The notes beneath the pieces are model-generated. The model was not told the origin of the DNA. It was given only the letters and a program-made list of their open reading frames with translations, and did not search any database. From the NCBI GenBank assembly GCA_016207165.1, contig JACQQD010000003.1, positions 32,001 through 96,000 on the forward strand: DNA of 64,000 nt. The letters are read 5' to 3'. A program made the translations under genes and the position numbers. Source of the DNA: Candidatus Micrarchaeota archaeon. Lineage in GTDB: Archaea; Micrarchaeota; Micrarchaeia; Norongarragalinales; Norongarragalinaceae. This document shows, one piece after another, positions 37,148 to 46,366 of the stretch (within the stretch, counting starts at the first letter, position 1; each line of letters opens with the position of its first letter).

Positions 37148-37547
37148 TCAGGTCATACAAGGAGGGAGACAAATCCACGATGTCGCGTGCGGAAATGATG
37201 CCGGCCACTTCGTTGCCGTCCCTTCCGCCGAACACCACGAGTCTTTTCACGCGTTTTTGCCCCATCAACCGGGCGGCATCCGTCAAATCGGATTCCGGCC
37301 CAAGGCCAATCAACGGCTTGGACGCCACATCTTTTACGGCGGCGTCCAGTTTCTTCTTGGAGAGGACTTTTCGAACCAGGTCCTCGTCGGTGAGAAGGGC
37401 GTAGATTTTTCCGCGGGAATTGGTGACCACCAAGCACCCGACGTCGTTTTTCGTCATGCGCTCGGCGGCCTCGAAGATCGAAGCGTCATCCGCAATGGTG
37501 ACCAATTCGGTCTTCATGCAGTCTCCCACTTTAATGCCTGTATCCAT
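37119..37547 (-). CDS. CBS-domain pair protein
   Basis: V.D.M, AA..M....VG.L.V, GIIS.RDI. Confidence 0.9.
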   Translation of the reverse strand: MDTGIKVGDCMKTELVTIADDASIFEAAERMTKNDVGCLVVTNSRGKIYALLTDEDLVRKVLSKKKLDAAVKDVASKPLIGLGPESDLTDAARLMGQKRVKRLVVFGGRDGNEVAGIISARDIVDLSPSLYDLIAERERIRA

Positions 37548-37638
37548 TCAACGCATCTAGTACTTGGATTTACTTAAATACGCATCGCTTGCCGGCGTTA
37601 ACCAATTCGGCGAATGACGAACCTTTGCTGGAAATGCG

Positions 37639-38931
37639 TCAGGGATACGCCCGGTTCATGACCCGCGGAAACGCCGTGGCATCGCGGATGTGCTCCAAGC
37701 CGGCCACCCACTTGACCAAGCGCTCGACGCCCAAGCCAAAGCCGCTATGCTGGACGGAACCAAACCGCCGCAAATCCAAGTACCACGCGTAGTTCTCCAG
37801 TTTCTCGCCGGCTTTCTTGAGCTTCTTTTCAATGCGCTGGAGGTCAACCTCGCGTTCCGACCCGCCGATGATTTCGCCGCCGCCCGGAGCGATGAGGTCG
37901 TGGTTGTTGACAGTGCCGTCCGGGTTCTCCAACATGTAAAACGGCTTCATGGACGAGGGAAAGTGCGTGACGAATACCGGCTGGTCCAAGCCCTCCGTCA
38001 AAGCCGCTTCCTCGTCCGCGCCAAAGTCGTCGCCCTCCTTGAATTTGAAGCCCTTTTTTTGGAGGCGTTTGACAGCGTCCTGGTACGCAAGTTTTTCAAA
38101 CGGCGCGCTGATTTTTTCCAAGTCTTGCGGGTTTCTTCCCAAAACGGCCAACTCTTTCTGGCATTGCCGCGCCACTTCATGACACACAAACGCCACCAGT
38201 TTCTCTTCAAAAGCCATGATTTCCTCGTGGGAACAATGCGCGGCCTCGCCCTCAAAGTGCCAGTATTCGGCGAGGTGTTTTGGGGTCCGGCTTTTCTCGG
38301 CGCGAAAAGAAGGCGTGATGGCGTAGACTTTCTCCAACGAAAAAATCAACGCTTCCAAGTGCAGTTGCGCGCTTTGGGATAGAAACGCTTTTTTCCCAAA
38401 ATACGGGACTTCGAACAAAGTGGACCCGCCTTCCGCCGCGGACGACGACAAGATGGGGGGCGTGGTTTCAATGTAGCCTTCTTTCTTGCAGTACTCTCGA
38501 ATGGCTTCAAGCACAACGGCTTTGACTTTCATGGCCGCCGTCAATTCGCGCGAACGCAACCACAAATGCCTTACATCCAGTAAAAACTCGGTGGACTGGT
38601 CCTTGGAAATGGGGAAGACCTCGGAAAAGTGAAGCACGTGAAAATGGGACGCCTGAAGTTCAAATCCGCCTGGAGCGCGGGAATCTTTCTTGACGGTGCC
38701 TTCCACGATCACCGCGCTTTCAAGCAATGCTTTGGACGCATCCTCAAAGTGGTCGTCCTTGACAACTCCTTTCTTGACCGCACACTGGAGAATTCCGGTG
38801 GAGTCACGCACCACGACGAAATTGAGTTTGCCTTGACTGCGCGAGCGGTAAATCCAGCCCCGGATCTTCACGGCGCGGCCTTCGGGGACGTGGCCGTCAA
38901 GCACTTGTTCAATGGGGGTCACTTGAGTCAT
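37639..38931 (-). CDS. asnS: Asparaginyl-tRNA synthetase
   Basis: RGW, RHLWLRS, SFRAEKS.T..HL.E, GEIIGGSERE, GFGLG.ER. Confidence 0.92.
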   Translation of the reverse strand: MTQVTPIEQVLDGHVPEGRAVKIRGWIYRSRSQGKLNFVVVRDSTGILQCAVKKGVVKDDHFEDASKALLESAVIVEGTVKKDSRAPGGFELQASHFHVLHFSEVFPISKDQSTEFLLDVRHLWLRSRELTAAMKVKAVVLEAIREYCKKEGYIETTPPILSSSAAEGGSTLFEVPYFGKKAFLSQSAQLHLEALIFSLEKVYAITPSFRAEKSRTPKHLAEYWHFEGEAAHCSHEEIMAFEEKLVAFVCHEVARQCQKELAVLGRNPQDLEKISAPFEKLAYQDAVKRLQKKGFKFKEGDDFGADEEAALTEGLDQPVFVTHFPSSMKPFYMLENPDGTVNNHDLIAPGGGEIIGGSEREVDLQRIEKKLKKAGEKLENYAWYLDLRRFGSVQHSGFGLGVERLVKWVAGLEHIRDATAFPRVMNRAYP

Positions 38932-38974
38932 TGAAAGAAAAGAGGGAGAAAAAAGAAGAAAAGGCTTCTGGAGG

Positions 38975-39439
38975 TCACCGCTTCTTGCGGGCGCGAAGGT
39001 ACTGCTTGTTTTCCTGGCCGCGGGCAATGGGAGCTGGATCCAGTTTATAGTACACCCAGGCCGCCGCGGCGGTGCCGACGATGCTGAAAGGCACTTGAAC
39101 CAAGGGCACCACGTCCGGCAGGTTGTAGAAAAGCCACGCAATCACGTCGGGAATGGCTAACAAAATGCCGAACTGAATGCCGTGCTTGAGGGGTTGCACG
39201 TTCTGGCCGCGGCCCAGCTTCTCCAAAAACTCGCACATGATGTAGATGCCAGCCAAAAGCAACACCAAGAACCCGGCCATGGGAACCAACGGATCACCGG
39301 CGCGAACAACGCCTTGGGCCTGAAGCTGGAGCCACGTTGGCATCAAAATCACGCTGTTTCCAATGTTCAAAATCACAACCGCTGCAATCCACGCGCCCAA
39401 AACGCCTTTCCAAAACCGAAGATTCATGAGATAAACCAC
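38975..39439 (-). CDS. Hypothetical 4-TM membrane protein
   Basis: Four hydrophobic segments, basic tail. Confidence 0.65.
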   Translation of the reverse strand: MVYLMNLRFWKGVLGAWIAAVVILNIGNSVILMPTWLQLQAQGVVRAGDPLVPMAGFLVLLLAGIYIMCEFLEKLGRGQNVQPLKHGIQFGILLAIPDVIAWLFYNLPDVVPLVQVPFSIVGTAAAAWVYYKLDPAPIARGQENKQYLRARKKR

Positions 39440-39523
39440 CTGCTAACCACGAAGGCGGCCCAGAATAAAAACAACGAGGAAGCAGTCACCTCCGGCACTT
39501 CTTTAAAACCAAGAAGCGTAAGA

Positions 39524-39844
39524 ATGCATTCGAGGAAAAAACCCAGCATGGAAGTCAACCCGGAAGCCATCCAGGAGGCCCTCGCCCGCAAACAGCACGC
39601 CCTGGGTCAGGCGGAAGTCAGGCCAGAAGCGCAAACCGACGGAAGGAAAGCGTGGACGATTCACTTCCCCAAAGCGCCGCGGCGCCTTACGCCGGAAGAA
39701 AAGCAAAGGGAGTTGATTGCGCTAAAAGCGCACTTGGCTCAAGCGCTCTCCGTGGGATTTGAAAACGCAAACCTCGACATTCGACGCACACACGAACCAC
39801 CTGGCCTCTTCGTTCGCCTCGCCCCCCGCTATGAACCACTCTGA
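39524..39844 (+). CDS. Hypothetical orphan
   Basis: ORF after TTTAAAA box, upstream of pth2. Confidence 0.5.
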   Translation: MHSRKKPSMEVNPEAIQEALARKQHALGQAEVRPEAQTDGRKAWTIHFPKAPRRLTPEEKQRELIALKAHLAQALSVGFENANLDIRRTHEPPGLFVRLAPRYEPL

Positions 39845-39896
39845 ACGGCTTGCGCAATCGGGGGAATTATTAACCTCGGCGGAAGAAAAAAACGTC

Positions 39897-40241
39897 ATGG
39901 CCTACAAACAAGCGCTGATCGTCCGAACCGATTTGGGCATGGGCAAAGGCAAAATCGCGGCGCAATGCGCGCACGGCTCCATTTCCGCGTACCTCAAGGC
40001 CGATTCGGAAAGCCGGGCCGCGTGGGTAAATTCCGGCATGGAAAAAGTCGTCCTGAAAGTCCAATCCGAGAAAGAACTAGCCACCCTCTTCCAAAAAGCA
40101 AAAAAAGCGGGGCTCCCGGCGGCGATCATCACGGACGCGGGCCACACCCAAATCGCTCCTGGAACGAAAACCGTGGTAGGCATTGGGCCGGCGGAAGAAG
40201 ACGAGTTGGACGCCTTGACGGGCGACTTGAAACTGCTTTAG
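39897..40241 (+). CDS. pth2: Peptidyl-tRNA hydrolase Pth2
   Basis: KQ...VR.DL.MGKGK.AAQ..H, DAG.TQ..PGT.T..GIGP, LKLL. Confidence 0.96.
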   Translation: MAYKQALIVRTDLGMGKGKIAAQCAHGSISAYLKADSESRAAWVNSGMEKVVLKVQSEKELATLFQKAKKAGLPAAIITDAGHTQIAPGTKTVVGIGPAEEDELDALTGDLKLL

Positions 40242-40621
40242 CCGACGATGTTCTCAAACGTCAAGCCGATGGGCAACTCCTTTTCCGACAAGCTGTACCC
40301 TGAACCCGTTTCCTTCAACAACGCCAACGGGAAAAACCGCCAGTCCGTGTGGGGAAATTTCCAAGCCACGTATATGGGAAGGCCCGTGCGCTGTTCCCAC
40401 TCCCGGTACAAAACGATTTTGGGTTTTTCAAAATGAAGCGAATTTTTCCACGCCTTGCACTCCAACGCGAACTTCTTCGTCGTCTTCAAGACAATCAAAT
40501 CCGGTGACACGCCATCCGAGCCCGACCCCGACGCCCGCGTGACGAAAAAACCCTTCTCTTCCAGCATTTTTTTGAGCTGGCGTTCGTACAGGGTGCCTTT
40601 GGCTTTGCGGGAATTCGTCAC
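40238..40621 (-). CDS. hjc: Archaeal Holliday junction resolvase
   Basis: KG...ER.L, GF.V.R..GSG, PDL, E.K. Confidence 0.92.
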   Translation of the reverse strand: MTNSRKAKGTLYERQLKKMLEEKGFFVTRASGSGSDGVSPDLIVLKTTKKFALECKAWKNSLHFEKPKIVLYREWEQRTGLPIYVAWKFPHTDWRFFPLALLKETGSGYSLSEKELPIGLTFENIVG

Positions 40622-40683
40622 GAGTCAGTACAGCTCCAAGGGAAAGAAAAAAGAAATCAAAAAGATAAAGACCGGCACTTCCA

Positions 40684-41109
40684 CTAAGCCGGCGCAATGG
40701 TCCGCAGTGCGGGCTTCTTGGAAGGAAAGTCAGAAGCGTTGACCACGACGTCTTCTGCGCTCGCCAACTCCATTAGGATACGACCGGGCCCGGCCACGCA
40801 TAGTTCCATCTTGTCCCCGATGCGGGCTCCGACCGCCTCAAGAAGTTCGGCGGGCAAGTAAACGACGGGTTTCTTTCCTGCAGCCGAACTAATTTTGCGG
40901 GTCAAACGAATGGGCGGAGCCAAGGAATAGATGATCTTCTCAAGGGCCCTAGCCTGCGGGGAGGTGAACGCTTCCAAACCGCATTGCGGGCACCGGAGGC
41001 CTTCTGCATCCTTGACGATGACACCCCGGGCCTCGTAGTCCATACGGACAACGTCCATGGGCACGTGACATTTGTAACAGCGAATCTTTCCTTGGTCCAT
41101 GGCGTTCAT
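40684..41109 (-). CDS. Antitoxin-like protein: Zn ribbon (YgiT/MqsA-type) + AbrB/MazE domain
   Basis: CYKC...CPQCG, then RKI.....K.VVYLP.EL.......GD. Confidence 0.75.
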   Translation of the reverse strand: MNAMDQGKIRCYKCHVPMDVVRMDYEARGVIVKDAEGLRCPQCGLEAFTSPQARALEKIIYSLAPPIRLTRKISSAAGKKPVVYLPAELLEAVGARIGDKMELCVAGPGRILMELASAEDVVVNASDFPSKKPALRTIAPA

Positions 41110-41329
41110 CCTCGCTTCCTCAGGACGGTTACGACCCACACGCCCAGTTCGTCCTGTGGCGGCAGACGGCGAAAAGCACCGCGTTCTTGATTCGGCACGC
41201 GATTTTGAACTTGTTTTTTCCCTCGGGAATTCGGGTGCCGCAAGACAAGGCCTATTCGACCTGCTCTTGATTGAGGCCCATGTAAAAGAGCTTGTCGCTG
41301 GCGTGCCGCGTCCAAATGAAATGTTCCAC
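41106..41329 (-). pseudogene. DUF4258/RelE-like toxin pseudogene
   Basis: MEHFIWTRHASDKL...VE*ALSCG...FAVCR then frameshift to LGVWVVTV; in-frame TAG at 41252-41254; ATGA overlap with the antitoxin. Confidence 0.7.
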
Positions 41330-41347
41330 AAGAATGCACCGCAACCA

Positions 41348-41368
41348 TGTACGTACAATATACGTACA
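41348..41368. promoter_or_regulatory. Palindromic operator upstream of the TA pair
   Basis: TGTACGTA-CAATA-TACGTACA perfect inverted repeat. Confidence 0.7.
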
Positions 41369-41395
41369 AAAATAAAAAGGTGGGGGGAGTCCCAT

Positions 41396-41692
41396 CTATG
41401 CCGTAGCCAGGGCCGCCTGCGGGTTGCGGGTCTTCCACGCGGAAAGCCGTCGCTGCGTATCCAACTCCAACGCCTCGGACGCGTACCGCTGCAGGATGGC
41501 GGAGACCGCCAAGGCGTTTTCGGGATTCATGGACACGGAGCCCTTGTCCGAGTCGGTGATGCGCACCGAAACGCTGGACGGCAGGGCTTTGCCGTCCTTT
41601 TCTTTTCCTTCCCAAAAGCTCACGTCCAGTTTCGCGTCCGTGTACGCGAAACGGAATTGGTGGGCCTTGATGGGCCGGTTTTGTTCACTCAT
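41396..41692 (-). CDS. Hypothetical small protein (possible PC4/Whirly-like fold)
   Basis: 98-aa ORF; beta strands (LDVSFW, VSVRI) followed by a helix. Confidence 0.5.
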   Translation of the reverse strand: MSEQNRPIKAHQFRFAYTDAKLDVSFWEGKEKDGKALPSSVSVRITDSDKGSVSMNPENALAVSAILQRYASEALELDTQRRLSAWKTRNPQAALATA

Positions 41693-41810
41693 TTTTCTTC
41701 ACCCAACCTGCGTTCCAACCAATCCCTCCCAGCCCACGTTTAAAAACCTGGGGAGGGGTCCTGGCCGGTGAAACGCTTTAAACTCCGGCCACCACACCAA
41801 CGAACACCCA

Positions 41811-42995
41811 ATGGCTCAACTATGGACGGAAAAGCACGCGCCCAAGAAATTAGACGAAGTCTATGGCAACCGGGAAAGCATCGACTTCATCCGCAAGTGG
41901 GCGCTGAACTGGCAACGGGGCCAGCCCCAACAACCCCTGCTTCTGTTCGGTCCCCCCGGCACCGGCAAAACCGCCACTGCCAAGGCCTTGGCATTGGAAA
42001 TGGGTTGGAGCCTCTGGGAATCCAATGCCTCCAGCCTACGGGACGCCAAATCCGTGCAACGCGTCATACAGCCCGCCATGCAGCAAGGCACGCTTTTTGG
42101 GGAAAGGCGGTTGGTCTTGTTGGATGAAATCGACGGCGCGTTTGACCGCGGCGAAGTGCCGGCCCTTCTTGAAGCCGTGGCCAAAGCCAACCAGCCCCTG
42201 GTCTTGACTGCCGACGACGTGTGGAACCCCAAACTCTCCGGTCTGCGGGCGTCATGCAGCAAAGTCGAGTTCAAAAAAATCGGGAAAATCGACGTGAAAA
42301 AGGTGCTCCAAAGCATCGCGGAGGCCGAATCCATCCAAGCCGACGTGGCCGCCATTGCCGAGAACGCGCAAGGCGACCTGCGTGCCGCAGTCATCGACCT
42401 GCAAAGCGGGTCCCAAAGTCCTCGGCTCAAGAAGAAAAACGTGTTTGAAGCGGTACGCCGCGTGTTCAAGGCCACCTCCTTTCAAGACGCCATGGACGCC
42501 GGAGAGGAAGCCGACGTGGACTTTGACTTGTTTTCGCGGTGGATTGAAGAAAATATTCCCGTGGAATACACGGATGCAAAAGACAACGCCAGGGCCTTGG
42601 ACGCGTTAAGCAAAGCCGACGTGTTCGCGGGCCGAATCAGAAAACGCCAGTACTGGGCGCTCTACAAGTTCCAGCGGGCATTTACCCTAGCCGCCGTGGC
42701 CGCCGCCAAGCAAAAACCCTACCACCAGTTCACGGCGTACAAGTTCCCCTCCTACATCCGGTACCTCGGCCAGACCCGCAAAAGCCGGGCCGCGCTCAAA
42801 AGCGCGACGCAGAAAGCCGGAAGCCTCCTTCACTGCTCCAGCCGGAAAGTCAAACAAGACGTGGCCTACTACAAAAAAGCCGGCGGATTCTTTGGATGGG
42901 ACGACGACGAAAAGTCAGCGGTGGGCGCCCAAGACCTTGTACCCCACCACGGCCGCGGCAAACGCCAGAAGAACCCAAAGAATGAAACTGGATGA
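41811..42995 (+). CDS. rfcL: Replication factor C large subunit
   Basis: [30 protein letters not shown]...DLQ, W.EENIP. Confidence 0.93.
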   Translation: MAQLWTEKHAPKKLDEVYGNRESIDFIRKWALNWQRGQPQQPLLLFGPPGTGKTATAKALALEMGWSLWESNASSLRDAKSVQRVIQPAMQQGTLFGERRLVLLDEIDGAFDRGEVPALLEAVAKANQPLVLTADDVWNPKLSGLRASCSKVEFKKIGKIDVKKVLQSIAEAESIQADVAAIAENAQGDLRAAVIDLQSGSQSPRLKKKNVFEAVRRVFKATSFQDAMDAGEEADVDFDLFSRWIEENIPVEYTDAKDNARALDALSKADVFAGRIRKRQYWALYKFQRAFTLAAVAAAKQKPYHQFTAYKFPSYIRYLGQTRKSRAALKSATQKAGSLLHCSSRKVKQDVAYYKKAGGFFGWDDDEKSAVGAQDLVPHHGRGKRQKNPKNETG

Positions 42996-43637
42996 CAAGA
43001 CGCGGAACCACTCCACGAAGAACGCTTGTACTTCTTGGCCCAAAGTGATTTCCCGCTCAAAGGAAACGTCCCACGTGCCCGACGCAGGCCCCACCCAACG
43101 GATCAAGCGCTCGTCCGTGAACACGTTGACTCCGGCTTCCGGCGACACGGCCACGCGCAAGGCGTCCGGCGGCAGGCGCATGACCAACGCCATGTTGTTG
43201 CCCAACGTGACTTCACCAGGCTGGCCCAACGCGATTTTTTCCATGTCCACGCCGTACACCGTCTTTCGGCTGGACACCGGAGTCAACAGCGTCAGGTTGG
43301 CCACGTCGTACTCCAACGTCACGGACGCCGCCGTAAAACCGGTCGGAAACTCGCGGGCGGCCACGATGCGCAAATTAAACGACGAACCCGTAGTGTGGTA
43401 ACGGATGTTGCGCGAAAACTTCTGCCAATCCGCCAACGTCGTTTTGCCTTCTTTCAACACGAACTCGAACGCCTGAATTTCGCTGTCGCTATCCAAGTTC
43501 AAAAGCGATTTCTCAATCACGTGCGCGCTGCCGTCCTCCTTGAACTGGACGTCCATGGTAAAGCCGCGGTCCGTGTACGCGGAAATGGTGGAGGCGAGAA
43601 CCAAAACCGCCAACACGAAAACAAGGCAACGACCCAT
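42915..43637 (-). CDS. Secreted/membrane-anchored beta-rich protein
   Basis: N-terminal signal peptide, C-terminal TM anchor. Confidence 0.7.
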   Translation of the reverse strand: MGRCLVFVLAVLVLASTISAYTDRGFTMDVQFKEDGSAHVIEKSLLNLDSDSEIQAFEFVLKEGKTTLADWQKFSRNIRYHTTGSSFNLRIVAAREFPTGFTAASVTLEYDVANLTLLTPVSSRKTVYGVDMEKIALGQPGEVTLGNNMALVMRLPPDALRVAVSPEAGVNVFTDERLIRWVGPASGTWDVSFEREITLGQEVQAFFVEWFRVLSSSFILWVLLAFAAAVVGYKVLGAHR

Positions 43638-43679
43638 AGACAACCAATAAGCTGGACGGGAAAATAAAAGGGTTGGCGC

Positions 43680-44006
43680 CTAGGACGCCGGACACGACGC
43701 CACGGCAAACACCGTTCCTAAGCCGTCTTCTTGCCAGACGGTCTTTGGGTACGCCACCCGCGTGGGGAAAAGACAGTCCTGCCACGCTTTTTTGGAAAAA
43801 GCCACGCAACACCCCGTTTTCGTTGACCAAAACGATTCCAACCGCCCTTTTTCCACCGGGTCCGTCCACGCCGATTCGGGAGAGTGCCAAACCTCCTCCG
43901 CCGCCCACGCCGCCCGAATGCAATACAAAGGCACCGGCTGGACGTGAACCAATCCCGTCCACTGCACCCAGAAGAAAAGCGTTAAAGCGGCTTCCAACGC
44001 CAACAC
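43680..44006 (-). CDS. Minor pilin-like protein
   Basis: N-terminal hydrophobic helix with E at +5; Cys residues; in pilin cluster. Confidence 0.45.
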   Translation of the reverse strand: MLALEAALTLFFWVQWTGLVHVQPVPLYCIRAAWAAEEVWHSPESAWTDPVEKGRLESFWSTKTGCCVAFSKKAWQDCLFPTRVAYPKTVWQEDGLGTVFAVASCPAS

Positions 44007-44009
44007 AGC

Positions 44010-44171
44010 CTAACCCCCCAAAACCGGGTGGGCCAACTCAAGCCACCTTGCTTGCAACGCCACCGCATCCACGTGCCAAACCACGTAACCGTGGAAAACA
44101 GTGACCCAGGAAAACGTGGCCGCCACCAAAAACAGAAACAGCGCCGCGGCCAACAGCACGTCAGCCTCCAC
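44010..44171 (-). CDS. Small pilin-like protein (53 aa, absent from ORF track)
   Basis: MEADVLLAAALFLFLVAATFSWV...; overlaps the upstream stop. Confidence 0.45.
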   Translation of the reverse strand: MEADVLLAAALFLFLVAATFSWVTVFHGYVVWHVDAVALQARWLELAHPVLGG

Positions 44172-44430
44172 GGCCGACCACCAAACCGTCGGACCACCGC
44201 ACCTCCAGTCCGCAGGACGCGTTCATGCGTTCAGGCGAGAAAAAAAGCAGCGTGGTCCCCGAATTGGAAACGTCTTTGGCAAACAAGCAAAACCACGCCG
44301 CCCGACTTTCTTGGAGGTGGCCCTGAAAAGCGGCATCCAAGGAAGCCAGCCACGCACGTTGACCTATAAGCAGTGCGGCCACCAACACCAAGAAAGCGGC
44401 GAATGCCGCCATGAAGGAAAGCGCGTTCAA
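44161..44430 (-). CDS. Minor pilin-like protein
   Basis: N-terminal hydrophobic helix; TTGA coupling. Confidence 0.45.
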   Translation of the reverse strand: MNALSFMAAFAAFLVLVAALLIGQRAWLASLDAAFQGHLQESRAAWFCLFAKDVSNSGTTLLFFSPERMNASCGLEVRWSDGLVVGRGG

Positions 44431-44966
44431 ACCGCCTCAACACCCACCACGTCGCCAAAAGAGAATACCGCACCAAAAAACGGCGTTCCAAACACCGGAA
44501 ACGGAAAATTCGGGCCCCACGACACGTTCAAGGAGTCGTCCAGGGACTCTAAAAAAAGAAGGCCTTCGGCCACCCCCACGTCCAGGCACCGCGGACACGG
44601 ACGAATCGCTTGATCCGACCGCATCAAGTCCAGCCACGCCGAGACCTCGACATCGGAGACCAACCCGAACACCACGTCCAAGTCCACGCCCCGCTGAAGG
44701 TACGCCGCCTCCAAAAAACGTTCCCCGGCCACGGCGCGACGGCCGGCATCCAACGCCACCTCTTCCAAGGAACCGCCCCGCGCCCCAGACAGGGCATCAT
44801 GAAGAAAATTCCTCACGTCGTGGCCCACCACGCGACGTTGGCTTAACTGCATCATGGCCAGGGAATAATCGTCAAGTTCCGAGGAAAAAGAAACCAGGCT
44901 AGCCGACCAACCCGTGGCCGCCGCGATGACGCCAAACACCCAAAAAAGCGCGAACCCCCTCCTCAC
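44427..44966 (-). CDS. Pilin-like protein with class III signal-like N-terminus
   Basis: MRRG/FALFWVFGVIAA; GTGA coupling with upstream gene. Confidence 0.55.
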   Translation of the reverse strand: MRRGFALFWVFGVIAAATGWSASLVSFSSELDDYSLAMMQLSQRRVVGHDVRNFLHDALSGARGGSLEEVALDAGRRAVAGERFLEAAYLQRGVDLDVVFGLVSDVEVSAWLDLMRSDQAIRPCPRCLDVGVAEGLLFLESLDDSLNVSWGPNFPFPVFGTPFFGAVFSFGDVVGVEAV

Positions 44967-45349
44967 GAAAAAACCACGTCCACACCCCGGTTTTTCCGAA
45001 CCGCCACCGTATGCGTGCCCTCCACCAAAGCCGCGCGCCCGCCGCCCTCGAAAACAGCTCCGACGCTCAAAGCGCCAAACGGCGACGTCCACGCCAACGA
45101 ATCGCCGGACCAAACAACCGACACGTTGTGTTCGAGCGCAAAACGCTCTTCATGCCAGAAGCCCGGCGGCATGACGTCGGCAGCGCGAACGGCAAAGCGC
45201 ACGCGCTCAAAAGCGGCCTCGTCGGAAAAAAGTCCCGCCTGATCCAGCGCCGCTTTCCTCACCGGTTCGGTGCCCACCCAGAACACGCCAACGACGCCCA
45301 AGATTCCAGCCAAGACCAAAAGCGCTTCCAAGGAGACTTGGCCCCGCAT
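44963..45349 (-). CDS. Type IV pilin-like protein (class III signal peptide)
   Basis: MRG/QVSLEALLVLAG. Confidence 0.8.
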   Translation of the reverse strand: MRGQVSLEALLVLAGILGVVGVFWVGTEPVRKAALDQAGLFSDEAAFERVRFAVRAADVMPPGFWHEERFALEHNVSVVWSGDSLAWTSPFGALSVGAVFEGGGRAALVEGTHTVAVRKNRGVDVVFS

Positions 45350-45350
45350 G

Positions 45351-45542
45351 TCAATTCATCTTCTTGATTTGCTTGAACACGTTTTCGGCTTGCTTGGACA
45401 GGACGTCCTTTCCCTCCACAGCCGTGGCTTGAAGCTGGGTGACCAACAGCAAAGCCACCGCCACCAAAGCCGCGGTGAGAATCAGCATCTCCGCCGAGAC
45501 TTGGGCAGTCTCGTCCTTCAGGAAGTCCCTCAACGCGTTCAT
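45351..45542 (-). CDS. Small major-pilin-like protein (class III signal peptide)
   Basis: FLKDETA/QVSAEMLIL..ALVAVALL. Confidence 0.8.
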   Translation of the reverse strand: MNALRDFLKDETAQVSAEMLILTAALVAVALLLVTQLQATAVEGKDVLSKQAENVFKQIKKMN

Positions 45543-45736
45543 GTAGAAAAAGCCGGGAAGCGCCGTGAAAAGCCTTGAGTAGAAAAAAAATCAACCCAAC
45601 CGATTTATGCAACGCGCTGAATCGAAGCCACCATCGTCCAAAACAACCATAAAAAAAAGTAAGTACTTTAGACAGGTATCTAACGGAAACCCGGCGTATT
45701 GGAACGGTGTTTCGAATCCGGCAAGAAACCGGGCAC

Positions 45737-46312
45737 TCAAACCGTCAAGGCGAACAACAAAAAGAAGAATGCCAAAAACGTGGACAGCCAAACGCCCTTG
45801 TTCCACGCCCACACCTTGGCCCCGTCCAAGACGCCAAACGGCACCATGTTAAACGCGCCCAAAAACGCGTTGACGACGGCTCCAAGCAACGCGAATTGCT
45901 GCAAGCTCGGCACACTGGCGGCCAACACCAAGAACAGGATCGCCAACCCCAAATTCATCAAGGGGCCTGCAATGGAAATCTTGCCGACCTGGGCCTTGGA
46001 AAGCCTTCCGTGAAAGTAAACGGCACCCGGAGCGGCAAACACGAACTGGCCCTGCGTGGCAAAGGCCATCCCAAGCGCCAGAACCAGTCCCAAAGTCCAC
46101 GCCCGGAAATACGCGGTGGCGCCAAACGAAATGGCCACGTACTTGTGCGCCAACTCATGCAAGATAAACCCCAGCCCCACCGTCAAAAGCACGGTGTAAA
46201 AATAGTCCACGGAGAATACGTCGTCGCGGAACAACGAGAACGCCAAGGAAATGGTGATGACGGACACCAGAATGTGCAGCCATTCCTCGGCATCAATGCG
46301 AAAACGGGCCAT
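45737..46312 (-). CDS. Site-2 (M50) membrane metalloprotease
   Basis: HELAH, AAPGAV, AGP..N, FNM.P...LDG. Confidence 0.92.
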   Translation of the reverse strand: MARFRIDAEEWLHILVSVITISLAFSLFRDDVFSVDYFYTVLLTVGLGFILHELAHKYVAISFGATAYFRAWTLGLVLALGMAFATQGQFVFAAPGAVYFHGRLSKAQVGKISIAGPLMNLGLAILFLVLAASVPSLQQFALLGAVVNAFLGAFNMVPFGVLDGAKVWAWNKGVWLSTFLAFFFLLFALTV

Positions 46313-46366
46313 GGGAAATTACTTGGAAACGCAATGGTTTTTGTGGGTTTTGGAAAAGAAAAACAT

